A stretch of 64,000 nt of DNA from Vermamoeba vermiformis (Eukaryota). The notes below the pieces were generated by a model. That model was not told the DNA's origin. It was given only the letters and a program-made list of their open reading frames with translations, and searched no databases. A program made the position numbers and the translations under genes. Shown here piece by piece: positions 9,503 through 23,014 of the stretch. The stretch is from NCBI GenBank assembly GCA_045837725.1, contig JBEWZL010000013.1, positions 1-64,000 of the forward strand, read 5' to 3'. Numbering within the stretch: position 1 is the stretch's first letter; each line of letters begins with the position of its first letter.

Positions 9503-12500
9503 ATGAGCGATCCTAATGCGCTTCGAAGTGAAGGCGCTGCGGAAACGCCCTCTAATGGGATTGAAGGTAATTTAAGACCACCGGACACTAATTACACAAG
9601 ATCCGATCAAAGTATTTGCGTGTAATTTATTTATTGGTCATATTTTTTATCTGCTACTATTTTCTTGGTTTTATATCATTAAAAGACGATCGGTAAAAGA
9701 TATTCTGCAAAAAAAAAACCGTCCAAAAAACAATAAGGCTTGTGTTTTTCCTAAACGTACCAATAATATATTAGTACGTTTAATTAATTATTCCTCGGCT
9801 AAAAATATTTTATGCAGAGATCCCGATTGCAAACTACGGGACCATTTCTGACGAAAATGGAGTGACTAATGGCGAGACAGTCGTTGAACTAAATGAAAAG
9901 TAAGCGACCTTAACATAGTGTTGTAATATCATAATATTTAAAATTAATCGACACGCACGTGGCAATTGACATTTTATTTGTTTACGGAATAGAACAACAA
10001 CAATAACATGTTATTGTAAGATACGAATTGTGACGAATGCATAAGTGTATCTAACGTATTTTGCAGACCGCAGGAACTCGTGGACGATTTGATTGAGGTC
10101 AATAATTACCGCGAAGATGACTTTAAAATGCCCAAGTGCACGTCTCAAAAGGTCAAAAAATACTTCAAGGACAAGTTTAGCATCTCTGTAAGTGTTAATT
10201 GTAAAGAATAGACTAGAAGATTCGCGGAGTTAACCTTCGGAGTTTGGTGTAACGAGCTTGATCTAATTCCTGGCAGGCGTGGGTACGAGAATACAACAAA
10301 CATCACCTGCTCAACGACATTATTGCTGGCCTTACTGTAGGTGTCATGCTTGTACCTCAAGGCATGGCCTACGCGCTCGTTGCAAGTATGACACATCGTT
10401 CATGAAGGAATTTTTAACGACAGATCTGACACGTTCATAATTAGGCTTACCGCCAGTCTACGGATTGTATACCGCCATAACACCGTTACTAGTCTATGCT
10501 ATCCTTGGCACATCAAGACAAATGGCTGTAGGTCCCGTGGCCATTGTGTCGTTGTTGCTGACCGCAGGTACTTCAGCACGATAAAGCTCGTCAGTAATTA
10601 TTTTAATCGCGTGGAATAGGTCTCACTCCATTCGCGGACCCCAACAGCGAGCAATATATTCAGATGGCACTAGCCACATCATTCATCGTAGGTCTGCTCA
10701 GCATGGCCTTTGGCTTTGCGCACATTGGTGTCTTGGCCAATTTCTTATCTCATTCGGTCATTTCTGGATTCACCTCGGCCTCAGCTCTCATCATTGGCTT
10801 CAGTCAAGCGAAGCTGTTGTTTGGCATCAAGGTATGTCCCACACGAGCATTTAACCTACACGTTGATTACCTAACGCTTTTATTAGCTACCGCGCACTGA
10901 CACGTTCGAAGACACCGTGTACGAGCTGTTCACGCACTTGCACGAGACCAATTTGTGGACCCTGCTCGTGTCAGGAGTCGCGTTATTGCTGCTCTACGGC
11001 ATTCAATTCCTCAACCGCAAGAAAGGCTGGTTGGTGCCTGGACCGCTGATCGTCGTAGCTATCAGCACCGTCCTGTCTTTCACACTCGATCTCGAACACA
11101 CTGCGCACGTGGCCATTGTGGGAACCATTCCCGAAGGTTTCCCAAAGCCCGTATTTCCCGCCTTTTCCTTCAACGATTTTATCAACATTATTCCGACCGC
11201 TTTCTCCATTTCTCTAATTGGTACGTTCAAAGCATAATGATGCCATATTAATCTCGTTTAGGTTATTTGGAATCCTTGGCCGTGTCAGAAAAGGTATTTA
11301 ATATAGAAATAATCAAAGAAATCTAACCGATTCAGAAAAGTTTGCGGAGAAATTTAAATACAAAATCCGAGCCAACCGAGAACTGATCGCACTCGGTCTC
11401 GCTAACTTTGTTGGCTCGTTCTTCTCGGCCTATCCTGTCACAGGAAGCTTTTCACGAACAGCTGTCAATGCCAATGCTGGTGCCAAAACACCTTTGTCAG
11501 GTACGTCCAATTGATTTCAGCTCGAAGCCATAGTAACCATTTCCTTTGTAGGCGTATTTGCAGCCATTCTTGTAGCTTTATCGGCACTGTTTTTGACGAA
11601 GATTATTTACTACATCCCCACGTGCATTTTAGCTGCGGTCATCGTGGTGGCAGTGTCAAATCTCTTCGACTACGAGATTGCCATTGAACTGTGGCGCGTG
11701 AACAAAAAAGATCTGTTCGTACTCATCGTTGCATTTGTTGCTACTCTAGCACTGGGCGTTGAGATCGGCATTGTGTTGGCCGTGGTGACTTCGCTCGGCA
11801 TTATCGTGCAAAGAATTGCTTTCCCTCGTGTCACTTTGTTGGTCAAAATGACAGGTATTGTTTATCCACAAACCTGTAGCCTTACTAATACTAAACGTAA
11901 TGTTGTAGGATCTAGTCACACCTATGTAAATATGAAGGTCGCACCGCTCGCAGAAAGTACTCCCGGCTTGCTCATCGTGCACATTGACGCGCCGATTTTC
12001 TTCGCCAACGCCAAGTTGATCAAAAAGAAGATCATGAACAAGGTCAACAAGCGCGAGTACGTCAAGGCTGTTTTGTTGGAGTGTTCAGCGGTGTCTGATC
12101 TTGATGGTAAGGAGTAGTTTTATACTCAGTGACCGTGAGCTGACGCACCATTTAGCTCCTGGTCTGCACGCGATTGAAGAACTGAACGACACGCTGAAGA
12201 AAAAGAGCATTCACCTGTTGTTCGCGCACTTGTCCGGTCCTGCCAGAAATATGATTAAAAAGGGCAAGTCATGCAATGTTATATTATCTATCTATGTCTG
12301 ACGTTTCGTGCAGAACTTGCAGCTAAGATTGGCCTCAACAAGTTCTTTTGGAATTTGAATGAAGCCATCGAAGTGTACAAAGCTAAGATTATGAACACCG
12401 AAGAGTTCGATTTCACTGTGCAGCAAGAGGAAACGATGGATTATCATCCACTAACGTTCAGAGTGCAGGGGTTCAAAGCGCACAAATCTAGCAAGCGGAT

Positions 12501-12561
12501 CTCGCTAAAAAAGAGCGCAAAAATTGATAAAAGTGCAGAAAAGACAAGTTTACTGCAATAA
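9503..12561 (+). CDS. SulP/SLC26 sulfate/anion transporter with C-terminal STAS domain; multi-exon
   Basis: [83 protein letters not shown]. Confidence 0.92.
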
Positions 12562-12610
12562 ACATGTAATATATTAGCTTAATAATAACATGGTCGCCAT
12601 TATTAACTTC

Positions 12611-14669
12611 TTAACGTTGTTGCTTGGAATTGTGGTACTTGAGGAACTGTTCCACGAGAGGAGCCATAGATCCGATGCCGGGATATTGCAACTGCGCAAA
12701 AACATTCATCCACAGCTCAGGAGGCAACAAATTCATTGCTTCTTGGCTTCTGAAAATATTCGCGCACAATACCATCGTATTTGCAATGACGCTCTTTCTG
12801 TACTCCAAATTGCGCTTCAAATATCGGGTAAGTTCAGGCCCGCTGCTAAAATCAGATTCAAGGAGCCAATAATTCTTAGCGAATATGGACTCCAGATCTT
12901 TCGTAGAGTTGCGCATGATAGAGCCAAGCTGGAGGGTCGTCAGTGTGTTGTTGGACTTCAAGGCTTGCACAAATTCTGAAACGGATATTCGGAGCTGAGA
13001 AACGACACATGTCCTCTTCTACCTTCAAAAAGGTGATGTTTGGATTGCATGTGATTATCTCGGCAATACTCGACAGAACCGTTCTCTTGTATTGATTGAC
13101 ATCGACAATAGTGAGATAGGTTCCTATCACAACCTTCTTCAGCGAGCTGTTGACCTTGATAGCATCACATAAGGTCGGGTACTGAGCATAGTCGAAATCT
13201 TTGCTGTGGTGACTGAAGTCGATCTCGGCGAGAGATTTGTTCACTAGGAGTACATCTGACAGCTTGAACATTGCAGCACGTGACAAACTGCAATGCGAAA
13301 GATTGAGGGACTCTAGCGTCGCGTTGACTTTCAGAGCCTCGCAGAAGTTGGTGAGGTCCGATGCTGCGAATACATTGCACGATAAATTAAGTACTTTGAG
13401 CGTTCTGTTGAGTAGAAGCGCATCACCCAGTGCTTGCAAATCGTCGCGAATGCTGCTATGCTGCAAATCAAGCCTAGTCAAGGAGGTGTTGAGCTGAAGA
13501 GCCTTGCAAATGGACTGAAAACCGCGATCGACAGTTGGGTGATTGTTGTATACGTTAAATGATTCTCGAGAACCGATAGAGAGCTCTGTAAGAGTGACGT
13601 TTCTGGCAATCAGATCCGCAACATGTTCGGCAGCAGCATTGCTGATGAGACCACGTTTCTGAGAGATGGTCAGCTTCTTTGCGGATGTGTTTTGAGCCAG
13701 GCCTTGCATCACAGGACCCATGCTGACATCGTTGAGTGAATTAGTGAGCTCCAACTCCGAGACCTTGCAGTGCTTCAAGCCATCGAGGGCGGCATCAGTG
13801 AAATTGGACAGCAGAAGGGAAGACAGAGTTAATTTCGCAGAGGCCGGCAAGTACTTTAAGCCAGCCAAGATGTCGCCGCTTGTCTGCATATTTTCAAGCT
13901 TGATTTGGACCAGCGATTGGTTCGCTTTCAACTCTTCGAAGAACTTATGTACCGCTTCAGAGGAGCAGAGACTGCCAAAGACATTCATTCGCGTGATGGA
14001 CTTGTTGGCTGCAATGCCCTTGGCGAGTTGTTCGGCCTCGTAAACGGAGCTGAATGACAAGTCAACCTCTTGAAGTGATCGGTTGACACTCAGACCATGG
14101 CTGATGTACGGCAGTCCTGCAGCTTCTACGGGACAGTCGAAGGCAAAGTGCCACAACTTCGTCTGTTGCTCGAGTAGCTGTCCGATGTATTTGCAAGCTT
14201 CGACGGACAGTACATTTTGGGATTGACCGCGAGAACGACGAAAAGTAAGATCTTCGACGGAATCATTTTCGACTAGCTTCTGGAAGATTATACTGGGCAA
14301 AGGCGTTTCGTCGAGGTGCACATGATGAATAAAGCTCAAATTAATGCGCGATCTTGCATCCAATTCAGGCTGGATTTGACGGAAAATAGTTGGAAATACC
14401 TAACCCACGTATTAAAATTGCCAAAAACCACAATAATATTAATATGATCATACTACTTACCGTTTGACAATTTGGGCACTTAGGTGCTTCGAACTTCTTT
14501 GAATGAAGTTTATTTTTGCAAACGGGACATGAGTCGCATTTCTAGGATACAATAGCGATTAGATTACGCCAACGGATAATATTAGTTGGATTAAAATCAT
14601 TAATAAAGATAACAATACGAATTAATGTACACTGGATCGCTCACTTGTGGTACTTGCCAAACGATTCAT
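12611..14669 (-). CDS. RNI-like LRR protein with N-terminal Cys cluster and C-terminal F-box-like motif (one frameshift at ~12990)
   Basis: Repeats of the N.(T/S)L..L.L type; upstream exon KCDSCPVC..KCPNCQT; C-terminal LLPPELWMNVFAQL. Confidence 0.8.
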
Positions 14670-14915
14670 AAAAAATGACTTTCGTGGTTGGCAATAAAAA
14701 ATAATACGAAAGAAACAAAAACAAAGAAACCGTGTAAAGCGGGCAGTTTTGGGTCACCCACGTGCCAAAAATAGGTTTCAAAGAACATTGTGGTTACACG
14801 TGCAACGGTAGCGTGTGTGTATGGGTTAGAAAAAGATAAGAATACGGAATTCACAAACACGTGCAGTCAGATCGGAGGGCAGTAGTATGGTCGTATCATT
14901 AAATAACTTCGAATT

Positions 14916-17435
14916 TTAAGACAACAAACTGGACAAACTCATTTTCACAGGCTTCTCTTCTTGAGCTGCGGCAGAACTTTGTGTTGCAGGCGTCACGTGA
15001 CTGCTCTCCACTGCTGCCGTGGGAGAACTGCTCGGTGCACTGGTCGGGGCCGGTTTTCGATCAGGTGTGGCGGTATTGCCAGCGCTAAGTGCAGGCAATG
15101 CGAGCGGGGTCTGTTCAAGAGCGGGTTAGCTATTACTGACGCGTATCATTCTTTGCCGTACCTTGTTATGTTCTAATTGAGTAATCAGAGAATCAAGAAT
15201 AATCGCTTGCTTCGAATTGGCATCTGCAATTTTTCTATTGCAAACAGTTAATTGTATACGGCAAAATATAATAATCGCGAACGTACTTGCGAGCCTTCTT
15301 CAGCCGACTAATTAGACCTTTCTTGATGTCTTCAAAACCGTAGATCGGCACCAAACTCTGAAGCTTGTCGCACCTTAATAATCCGTTAATAATGAAGCTC
15401 GTCAATACGTCTATTGTCTACACTTACTCGTTCAAAAGCAACTCAGGCTTGTTCGGCAATGCCTTGGTCAATTTGAAAGATCTTTTTGATCGAGCTCTAA
15501 GAAGATGGTTAGTTATTTTTGTATGTACAAACGATTAGTGCCACCGTACCTGTAGTGAATCGTTGCTAATCGAAGGTAACTTTGTGCTGCCCTTGGTGAA
15601 AGTATCGTAGCTTCTCTTCTTGCCTCGTTTTAGCGGCAATGGCTTGCTATCGTTGGTAGCTGTACTGACGAGGTTGTTTATCTCGCCGAGCCATTCTACA
15701 TTGATTCCAGGGGGCAAAACCACCATCATCAACCCTGTCGCGATAAATGATTAACGGTCAGAGGTCTCACTTAGCTCGCTTCATGCAAAGTCTTACCGTT
15801 CTTCTCGACCTCGATCTCTTCTTCTACTTCTTCGTATTCAGGCTCCTCTTCGATCTTTTCTTTCTCGACAGGAGGTTGTTCAACAGGGGGTTGAGCAGGA
15901 GCACTTTGATGTGACTTGTCGGTCAAGAATTTGATCTTCAAGTTGCTCGAGTTGACGACGCTCACTACTTCTGTCTTTTCTTTTTCAACGGGCTTTTCGG
16001 GCTCGGGCTCTTCCTGCTTGACGACTTTTCTCTTTTTCTTCCTCTTCGTCTTGACCTTCTCGACGATTGTTTTCACTTCAACGTGGTGCATGAGCAAGCC
16101 ATACCAGTTCGGCCCGAGACTTAACAACGCAAACATGGAATTGGATTTAAACAACTCGTTCAACATTAAGCAGAAAGGATCGATCTAATAGACACGTGAG
16201 CAATAGTGTATGTAGACGTAATTGGTCCCTTTACCTCCGCATTTGTCTTTTGATACACGAGCGAGTACGGAACGACGCTGAACCTGCACAACTCTGGCAA
16301 ACTGTAGCACGCGTTAGTAACTTGTACCTCGACTATCGTGGAAGCATGAGACGATTGTACCTTTTAAAGTGACTCGCTTGAACGAAGCCCAGTAATTGAC
16401 ACAACCGCGGGCAAGAATGGAACTTGCTGTCCATTGTTCGCCACTGACTTCTCGTTGACTTGTTTCCACACGTGATGCGGATTCGGCAACAGCGTGATTG
16501 GTGAAGCGATGTGTCCGAAGAACAGTTGTGCCTTGTATTCTTTGTCTACAGGATTGAACACGAGTCAATAATTCCGTCAACGGTAAACACTTCTACATAC
16601 ATTCAGCCTTGCATATGCCTCCAATAGCCTCTCTAACAGTTTTGAAGCCGTCTTTGTTGGCCCTGTGCAAGTAAAATCCACCGGCTGTCATCCCGCACAA
16701 ACGACGTGCGTCTTCGGTTGTTTGATCTTCACGCTTCATGCTCGTAAATTGTATCATATGTACGCGATGGCTATGATCGAGTACCGGTAAAGCTAAAGAA
16801 TTGTCATTAACTACCGCTCGAGCAAGATCTTTGAGTTACATTACCTTTTCGAATGTTTGTCAGGTTATACGGATCTGAGAAGAAAATAATTTTCTTTGGC
16901 ACTGAACTCGGCACATTATGGAGTACAGTCGTCGTTATATACGTAAATAGCTGAGCAACGTCGCATTTCTGAGCAGAGTTTTCTGATTTGTTATTTTTGC
17001 CTAGCTTGTCACTAATAATAATTAATATTGGAATAGTTAATATTAGATAATAATTTTAGTGCACTTACGTTGCTGAAATAAGCTCATTTTTATGCGAGCT
17101 CAAAGCAGAGATGAGACGGAATTGTGATCCATGCAGAACAATTAAAGCAACAAGCTCGGACGGACAGCGCAAAAATATTTCATCGATAAGGCAACCATAT
17201 CCTGCAATTATTATCGTCAATGTTACATTAGCAATAATAAATGAAATTATTTCAAAATTAAAAAATCTACAAAAAAAAAACGATGCTATGTGTATGGATG
17301 CCAAGATATGATTTACGATCGAACGTAATTTAATATCTATTCACCTTTTTTAATTAAATTTTCTCGCTTCTTTCCTTCCTTGTAATTAGCTTGTAAATTA
17401 TTATCGTTTTCGTCAATCAATATTATCGTAGCCAT
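14916..17435 (-). CDS. INTS14: Integrator complex subunit 14 (VWA9)-like; multi-exon, two apparent 1-bp indels
   Basis: YKAQLFFGHIASPITLLPNP, FCLMLNELFKSNSMFALLSLGPNWYGLL, WLGEI, PLPLKRGKKRSY and KLTKALPNKPE match my recollection of INTS14 blocks; VWA-like N-terminus. Confidence 0.75.
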
Positions 17436-17859
17436 GCAATACTAATATAAGCACCAATCATTTAATACTTAATACGTGCTGTACATCAAATGAACATGAA
17501 AAAAATCGGCCTTTGGGCAAAATTAACGCGACAGGGAGCACGTGAAGCAGTATGATAACGCAACAGTAGAGTCGCCCCGGGCTTACTCTAGGTAGCGAGT
17601 AATGATGGAAAACCGTTTGGACTATTTATCGATAACGAAAACAAAAAAGACCAACGAAGCTAAAAATAGTCTTACTCTCATAGACACGGCACGATCGTCT
17701 TTGACCAATATTGCAAAATCGGCATCTATTAACACTTGTCGTTCAGTAACTTAGTGAAAATTTGGGAACGGCTTTATAGCAGATTTATTTGAAAAACTAC
17801 AACGGTTAAAGATTTGGTTTTTGGTAATTACCTTCTTTTAATCGTGCAGAACACCAGAA

Positions 17860-20242
17860 ATGAATAAGTCAGTGTTTATTACCATCATTTTTCTTTGCTT
17901 GCAGCGTTCGTTCGCCGCAATATTTTCAACTAATTCATTCGTCACTTATCAGTGGGAAACGCAGCTGAATTCGTTGGCTGTTGAAGAGTTCGATATTAAT
18001 GGTACACTACTTCAAAAAATAGCTCTCCCATCGTATGTATTTGTTCACCAATTATCTCCCCAAATCGGATGCGAATCTTTTTTAAATTAATTTTTATTGT
18101 ACAATCTTCATCGAACTGACATTGATTATCCTTGAAGAAGCTACTTGGCAGTCAATGGAGATCACAAGATTCGTTTGGACTCTAAAAGTACGACGTTGGC
18201 TGCGATGGCTTTTGAAAGCAGTTCAAATAGTCACATCTGCTATACATTGAACGCTAACGGTGAAAAAGTTGATATTACTTCATTCAAATCTAGTGGGTCG
18301 CGCGATTGCATCGTGGAAGGTCAAGACGTTTGGATGAACTACGGATCTGGCATTGCGTACACTACACGTGGCTCTACTGCAGTTAGCGTTTCTGGAAATT
18401 CAATTGTGACCGGATTATCGCAAATTATTTCCGCTCAAAGGGTTGGGACTAAGTTATTTTTGGCTGACGCACCAGGCTCATTTTATGGTGGTGATCCAAT
18501 CGTTACTTCCGGTACGATGACAATGACTAGTATTTTGACAAACGTTGCTGCCTTTTACATTCACAATCAAAACACTCTTTATGTTGCTTCGCTCCAACGT
18601 CCTATTAGCAGATACACTTTGAACGCTGCTGGAACAACGGCAACACTTGTTTGGACTTGGACTCCTAGCGTATTGACAAACATACCTCGATCGGTACTGG
18701 CTATGGATGTTGGAGGAAAGACTTACGTCTTTGTGACATATTATGACTCTAGCTTTAACTTCTTCGTTCAAAGATTTGTTGACGATGGCACAACGTTGAC
18801 GAATCAAGCTACAATCACTCAGCCCAGTCAAGATCAAATCCACTTTCTTAGTCTCTCACCAAAACCATCTTGCACTGATAAATTGGTTAATCAGGATGAA
18901 ACTGACGTTGACTGTGGTGGCACCAAGTGCAGCAAATGCACAGACGACAAGAAATGTTTGGTTAATGGAGACTGCAACAGTGGCTTTTGTAACTCGAACA
19001 AGATTTGCAGTAAGTAATAAGTTCTTTTTGGTGCAAATCAATTAATTTTAATCATTAGAAACTCCAACCTGCAGCGACTTGGCAAAAAATCAAGATGAAA
19101 CTGATGTTGACTGTGGTGGCTCGATATGCTCTGGTTGTGGCTTTGGCAAGAAGTGTGTTGTCAATGCAGATTGCTCCAGCAAAAGATGTACTGGTGGAAC
19201 GTGTAGTAAGTGTATTCCATCCATCAAATTGAACTTCAACTGACTCCTTTGCAGATGTTAGCTGTCTTGATGGTATCAAGAATCAAGATGAGACAGACAT
19301 TGATTGTGGTGGCCAAATTTGCCAGACATGCAATGACAATAAGTTATGTCTGAGTGGCTCCGATTGTACATCATCGTTTTGCAATCCAACCACTACCAAG
19401 TGTGGTAAGTTAGCATTAATTGACTAGAATCAATATTAATCTGTTTTGAAGCCACTCCTACTTGTCTAGACTCTTTCAAGAACCAAGATGAAACTGACGT
19501 TGACTGTGGTGGTGCAACATGTGCCACCAGATGTGCTGCTGGCAAGCACTGCAGTCTTGACTCTGATTGTTCTGAAGGGGTCTGCGAAGTTGGAACCTGT
19601 GGTATGTACAATTTGATGGTAACAAACCAAATACTAATTTCTATTCAGTTACTTGCAATGACAACATTATGAACCAAGATGAAACAGATGTTGATTGTGG
19701 AGGGGCAGCATGCTCTACCAGATGCGACATTGGCAAATCTTGCATTGATAATTCAGATTGCAACAGCAATAATTGTGCCAGCAATGTGTGTGGTAAGTTA
19801 AAGTACAAATTTGTTGAACAGTGACTGACTGTTCTGTGCATAGCTGCTGCCCCTGTAGCTGTCCCTGTAGCTATCCCTGTAGCTCCACAAGCAGGTCCAG
19901 TATCTCCCTCAGCATCACCTGTGACTACTCCTGTTGCTGCACCTGTGGCTAGCCCAACAGCTCCTCAAGCTACTCCAGGTAACTCCATTAGCTTCCCCTG
20001 TAACAGCACCAGTGGATGCTCCAACTGCCACTCCAGAGGTTCCTGTTGCTCTTCCTGTTACAGAAGCTCCAATAGCAGAACCAACAAATCAATCTCCACA
20101 GTCAAACATAAGTCCTGAGAGCTCAAATCCTGTTAAAGTCCCTTCTTCTTCAACACCTGTTGTGTTCCAAATCTCAAGTGCTGTTGGACTTCACTTCAGT
20201 TCACTTGGATTGATTGTATTAATTGTTCAAACACTCTTATAA
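17860..20242 (+). CDS. Secreted or GPI-anchored protein: beta-rich N-domain, five NQDETD(V/I)DCGG Cys-rich repeats, Pro/Ala/Thr stalk, hydrophobic C-terminus
   Basis: Signal peptide; five 8-Cys repeats at ~18870-19792; frameshift at ~19978 in the stalk. Confidence 0.85.
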
Positions 20243-20568
20243 TAAAGTAGACTAGCATCTGAATTGTTATTTGTTAGCCAAATCACCATGAAAATTGAAA
20301 TTGTCTCTTCGGTGCGACAATAATTTTTCGAATTTTTGGATCAGATGGCATCGATATCCAGCTCTTCGCTATTAAACAAAGTCCACTACGATCGAAATAG
20401 GTGATTTGGTTTTGGTTCCGGCAAACTGGCAAAATGACGGCTTTGAAATCGGAAGTCTGTTCAGTTTCAGTCCGCTCAGACAAACGTGTCCAATTTCAAG
20501 ACTTGCAATTTTGTTTCTGCCGACTCCACGCACACAAACGAGCACAAAATTCCGTTAAAGCACAGCCC

Positions 20569-21640
20569 ATGGAGATACTCGTTAACAACGCGCACTTGAA
20601 GTGGACTTCTCTAACAGATAACTATGACGCATTTCAGCTCACAGTCATTGGAACATATCTGATTGGCAACACAGTCTATTGGGCGCATGGTTTGCTGTAT
20701 CTTGTTCTCGATCTAACGCACAAGCCAGATTTTCTTTATCAATTCAAAATTCAGAAAAAGGTAAAACGATATTTAATTATGCATAATTAATAATAATTAC
20801 CAGTTTTCATAATTTGATAATATTATTATTTATTCCGTATCCTTCAAATTGCAACGTAGACATTTACGTTTCAATTTCAATTTAACGGTTTATCCTCAGG
20901 CGCAACTTGATTCGGCGTCATTAAAGCGTTTACTGAAGAATCTGATATTCAACTTCTTTTTCGTGCTTCCGATTTTGTCGATCGGGATCTACTACGCGGC
21001 CCGCTCACTTGGCTACGGCGTCGTGGTATCTAGAGACCTACCAGACTTGAAAACGTCAATTATTCACTTCATAGGATATGTTCTTATCTATGAGACATTC
21101 TTCTACTTCAGCCACAGACTGTTGCACTACGGATCTCTTTATCGAGCAATCCATAAAGTTCACCACGAGTTTAGGTAATATGATCATTACATTCATACGA
21201 ACGTTTACTTATCGAGATTAGATCTCCAGTAGCATTAGCGGCGGCCTACGCCCATCCAATTGAATTTATTATCGGTAAGACAAATCCGTTAATTGACGGA
21301 GCTCCATTAATAGTTGTCACTACAAGGCGATATTATCCCGTTAATGCTACCGCCTATATTACTTCAATCCCATTTGTTGCTATTTTGGGTTTGGACTATT
21401 TTTGGCAACATTTCAACACAGATCCATCATTCTGGTTACCGATTTCCGTGGACTTACGAGCATGCCACCGAACAGCCTGACTTCCACGACTTCCATCATG
21501 AAAATTTCGTCGGAAACTATGGTGTGCTTGGCTTCTACGATTGGTTCTTTAACACGAACGCTTCATGGATCCAGAGGAAAGAGAGTTTGAAGAACGCAAA
21601 CATTGCCAAAACACACCAGCAGTGCGAAATTGATTCCTAA
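20569..21640 (+). CDS. Fatty acid hydroxylase / sterol desaturase family protein (FAXDC2/ERG25-like)
   Basis: His boxes FYFSHRLLH, IHKVHH, AAYAHPIE, HHSGYRFPW, FHDFHH, GNYG. Confidence 0.9.
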
Positions 21641-21669
21641 TGCGCCAATACGGCAATAAATGTGTTTAT

Positions 21670-23014
21670 TTACATCTTGCTGGGATCTTCTTCCTCGAGC
21701 TCGTCCTCCTCTTGATTCACCGCACCGTCGTTGATGAACCAGAAAAACTCGAACTTTTCCATCGGTGTCATGTCCTCTTCTTTCTTATCTTTGAACACAT
21801 CCAAATACGATTGGTCGAGTGTCGGATCGGCCAGTTGTTTATCGAGAATTGCTGTCTGCTCGTGGATCACCTTTTCAATTTGATCGTGCAACGCGTAGTG
21901 CTTATTGCGCACGAGCCAAAACAACCGCTGAAAACTCTTCTTGGCAAAAGAGTGCTTCTTTAGCTCGGTGTAGATAAGCCCGAGGGAGAGCCACGAGTCG
22001 GTCAGCTGTACATTGATTTGAATACTCTTTTGAAAGCCTTCCAAACAGTCTAGTAAAATACATGTCAGACTCGATGAGGCTGCGAATTATGGCTTACCAA
22101 GCAAGGGCCTCTTGAGTTTCCATCTCAGCGATGAATATATATTCCAATAATTAGCGTCGTCCTTGAAATCAATAGTCTGAAACAACACAGTGTCAGTTAC
22201 GTTCGCGCGCTACTTGCGATCGACTTACGAGTGCTTCAAAATAGTCTACTGCAACGTCGATAGCGCCTAGTTGCATTAGACACCGAGCAATAGACTCTTC
22301 AACCTCACGTCGGGTCATCACGTGGAACTGAACTCCGCTCTTGTCCTGCTTTGCCTTCTTCTTGTGTGGATCTTCAATAGTCTTCTGTTGCTTGGCCTCT
22401 TCTTCCACGGGCTCGAACTCGCCTTTTAAATCTTCGCCCGCGAGCCTCTTTTTAATGTACACTTTCAAGCCGTCAATGATTTCACTGCGTGTGGGTGGCT
22501 GCTTGAGGTTGACAGGGAACTCGTACTTGAGCATTTGCACGACATTCTTTGCGCTAATCAAGAGGAGATTGGCGTACGCGAATAACGCTTCGTCGTATTG
22601 CTTTTTGTAGTACAGCCAGTCACATCGTGCTTTTAGGACTTGATAGCGCTTCTTGAACGAGCGCACGCTGTTGACGTTTGGATCTTGATACCACTAGAAC
22701 AAGTTATTAGTATTTTTTATTATTAATAATGATTATTAAGCGTCTAAAGGCGACCAATTGGGACGAAGCCTCGAGCTAGACGGCAATTAAAAATTCAGGA
22801 TCTGATCAAGAATTGTGTTTCGAGCGAGTGCGGCCAATGAATGTACAATTGGCACGTTATAATTAATTTTCGTAGATTGAAATATTACCAAATAATAGTC
22901 GATCTTCGCATCTTCCTTGTCGTTAATTCTGTTCGAAGGACCCTTTGCAACGTCAGGAAATAAGTCTTGAACGAAATCCCCAAAAGTAAAAGGGAAGTCT
23001 CCTCCCTCGCTCAT
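21670..23014 (-). CDS. Uncharacterised helical, TPR-like protein; multi-exon
   Basis: TPR-like segments (DWLYYKKQYDEALFAY; FQKSIQINVQLTDSWLSLGLIY..AKKSF); canonical splice sites. Confidence 0.6.

Noticed and set aside
19979-19991. 13-nt GT..AG micro-intron restoring the frame
   Set aside because: Far shorter than the ~40-60-nt introns typical of the window; a 1-bp error is simpler and the bases read as normal stalk residues
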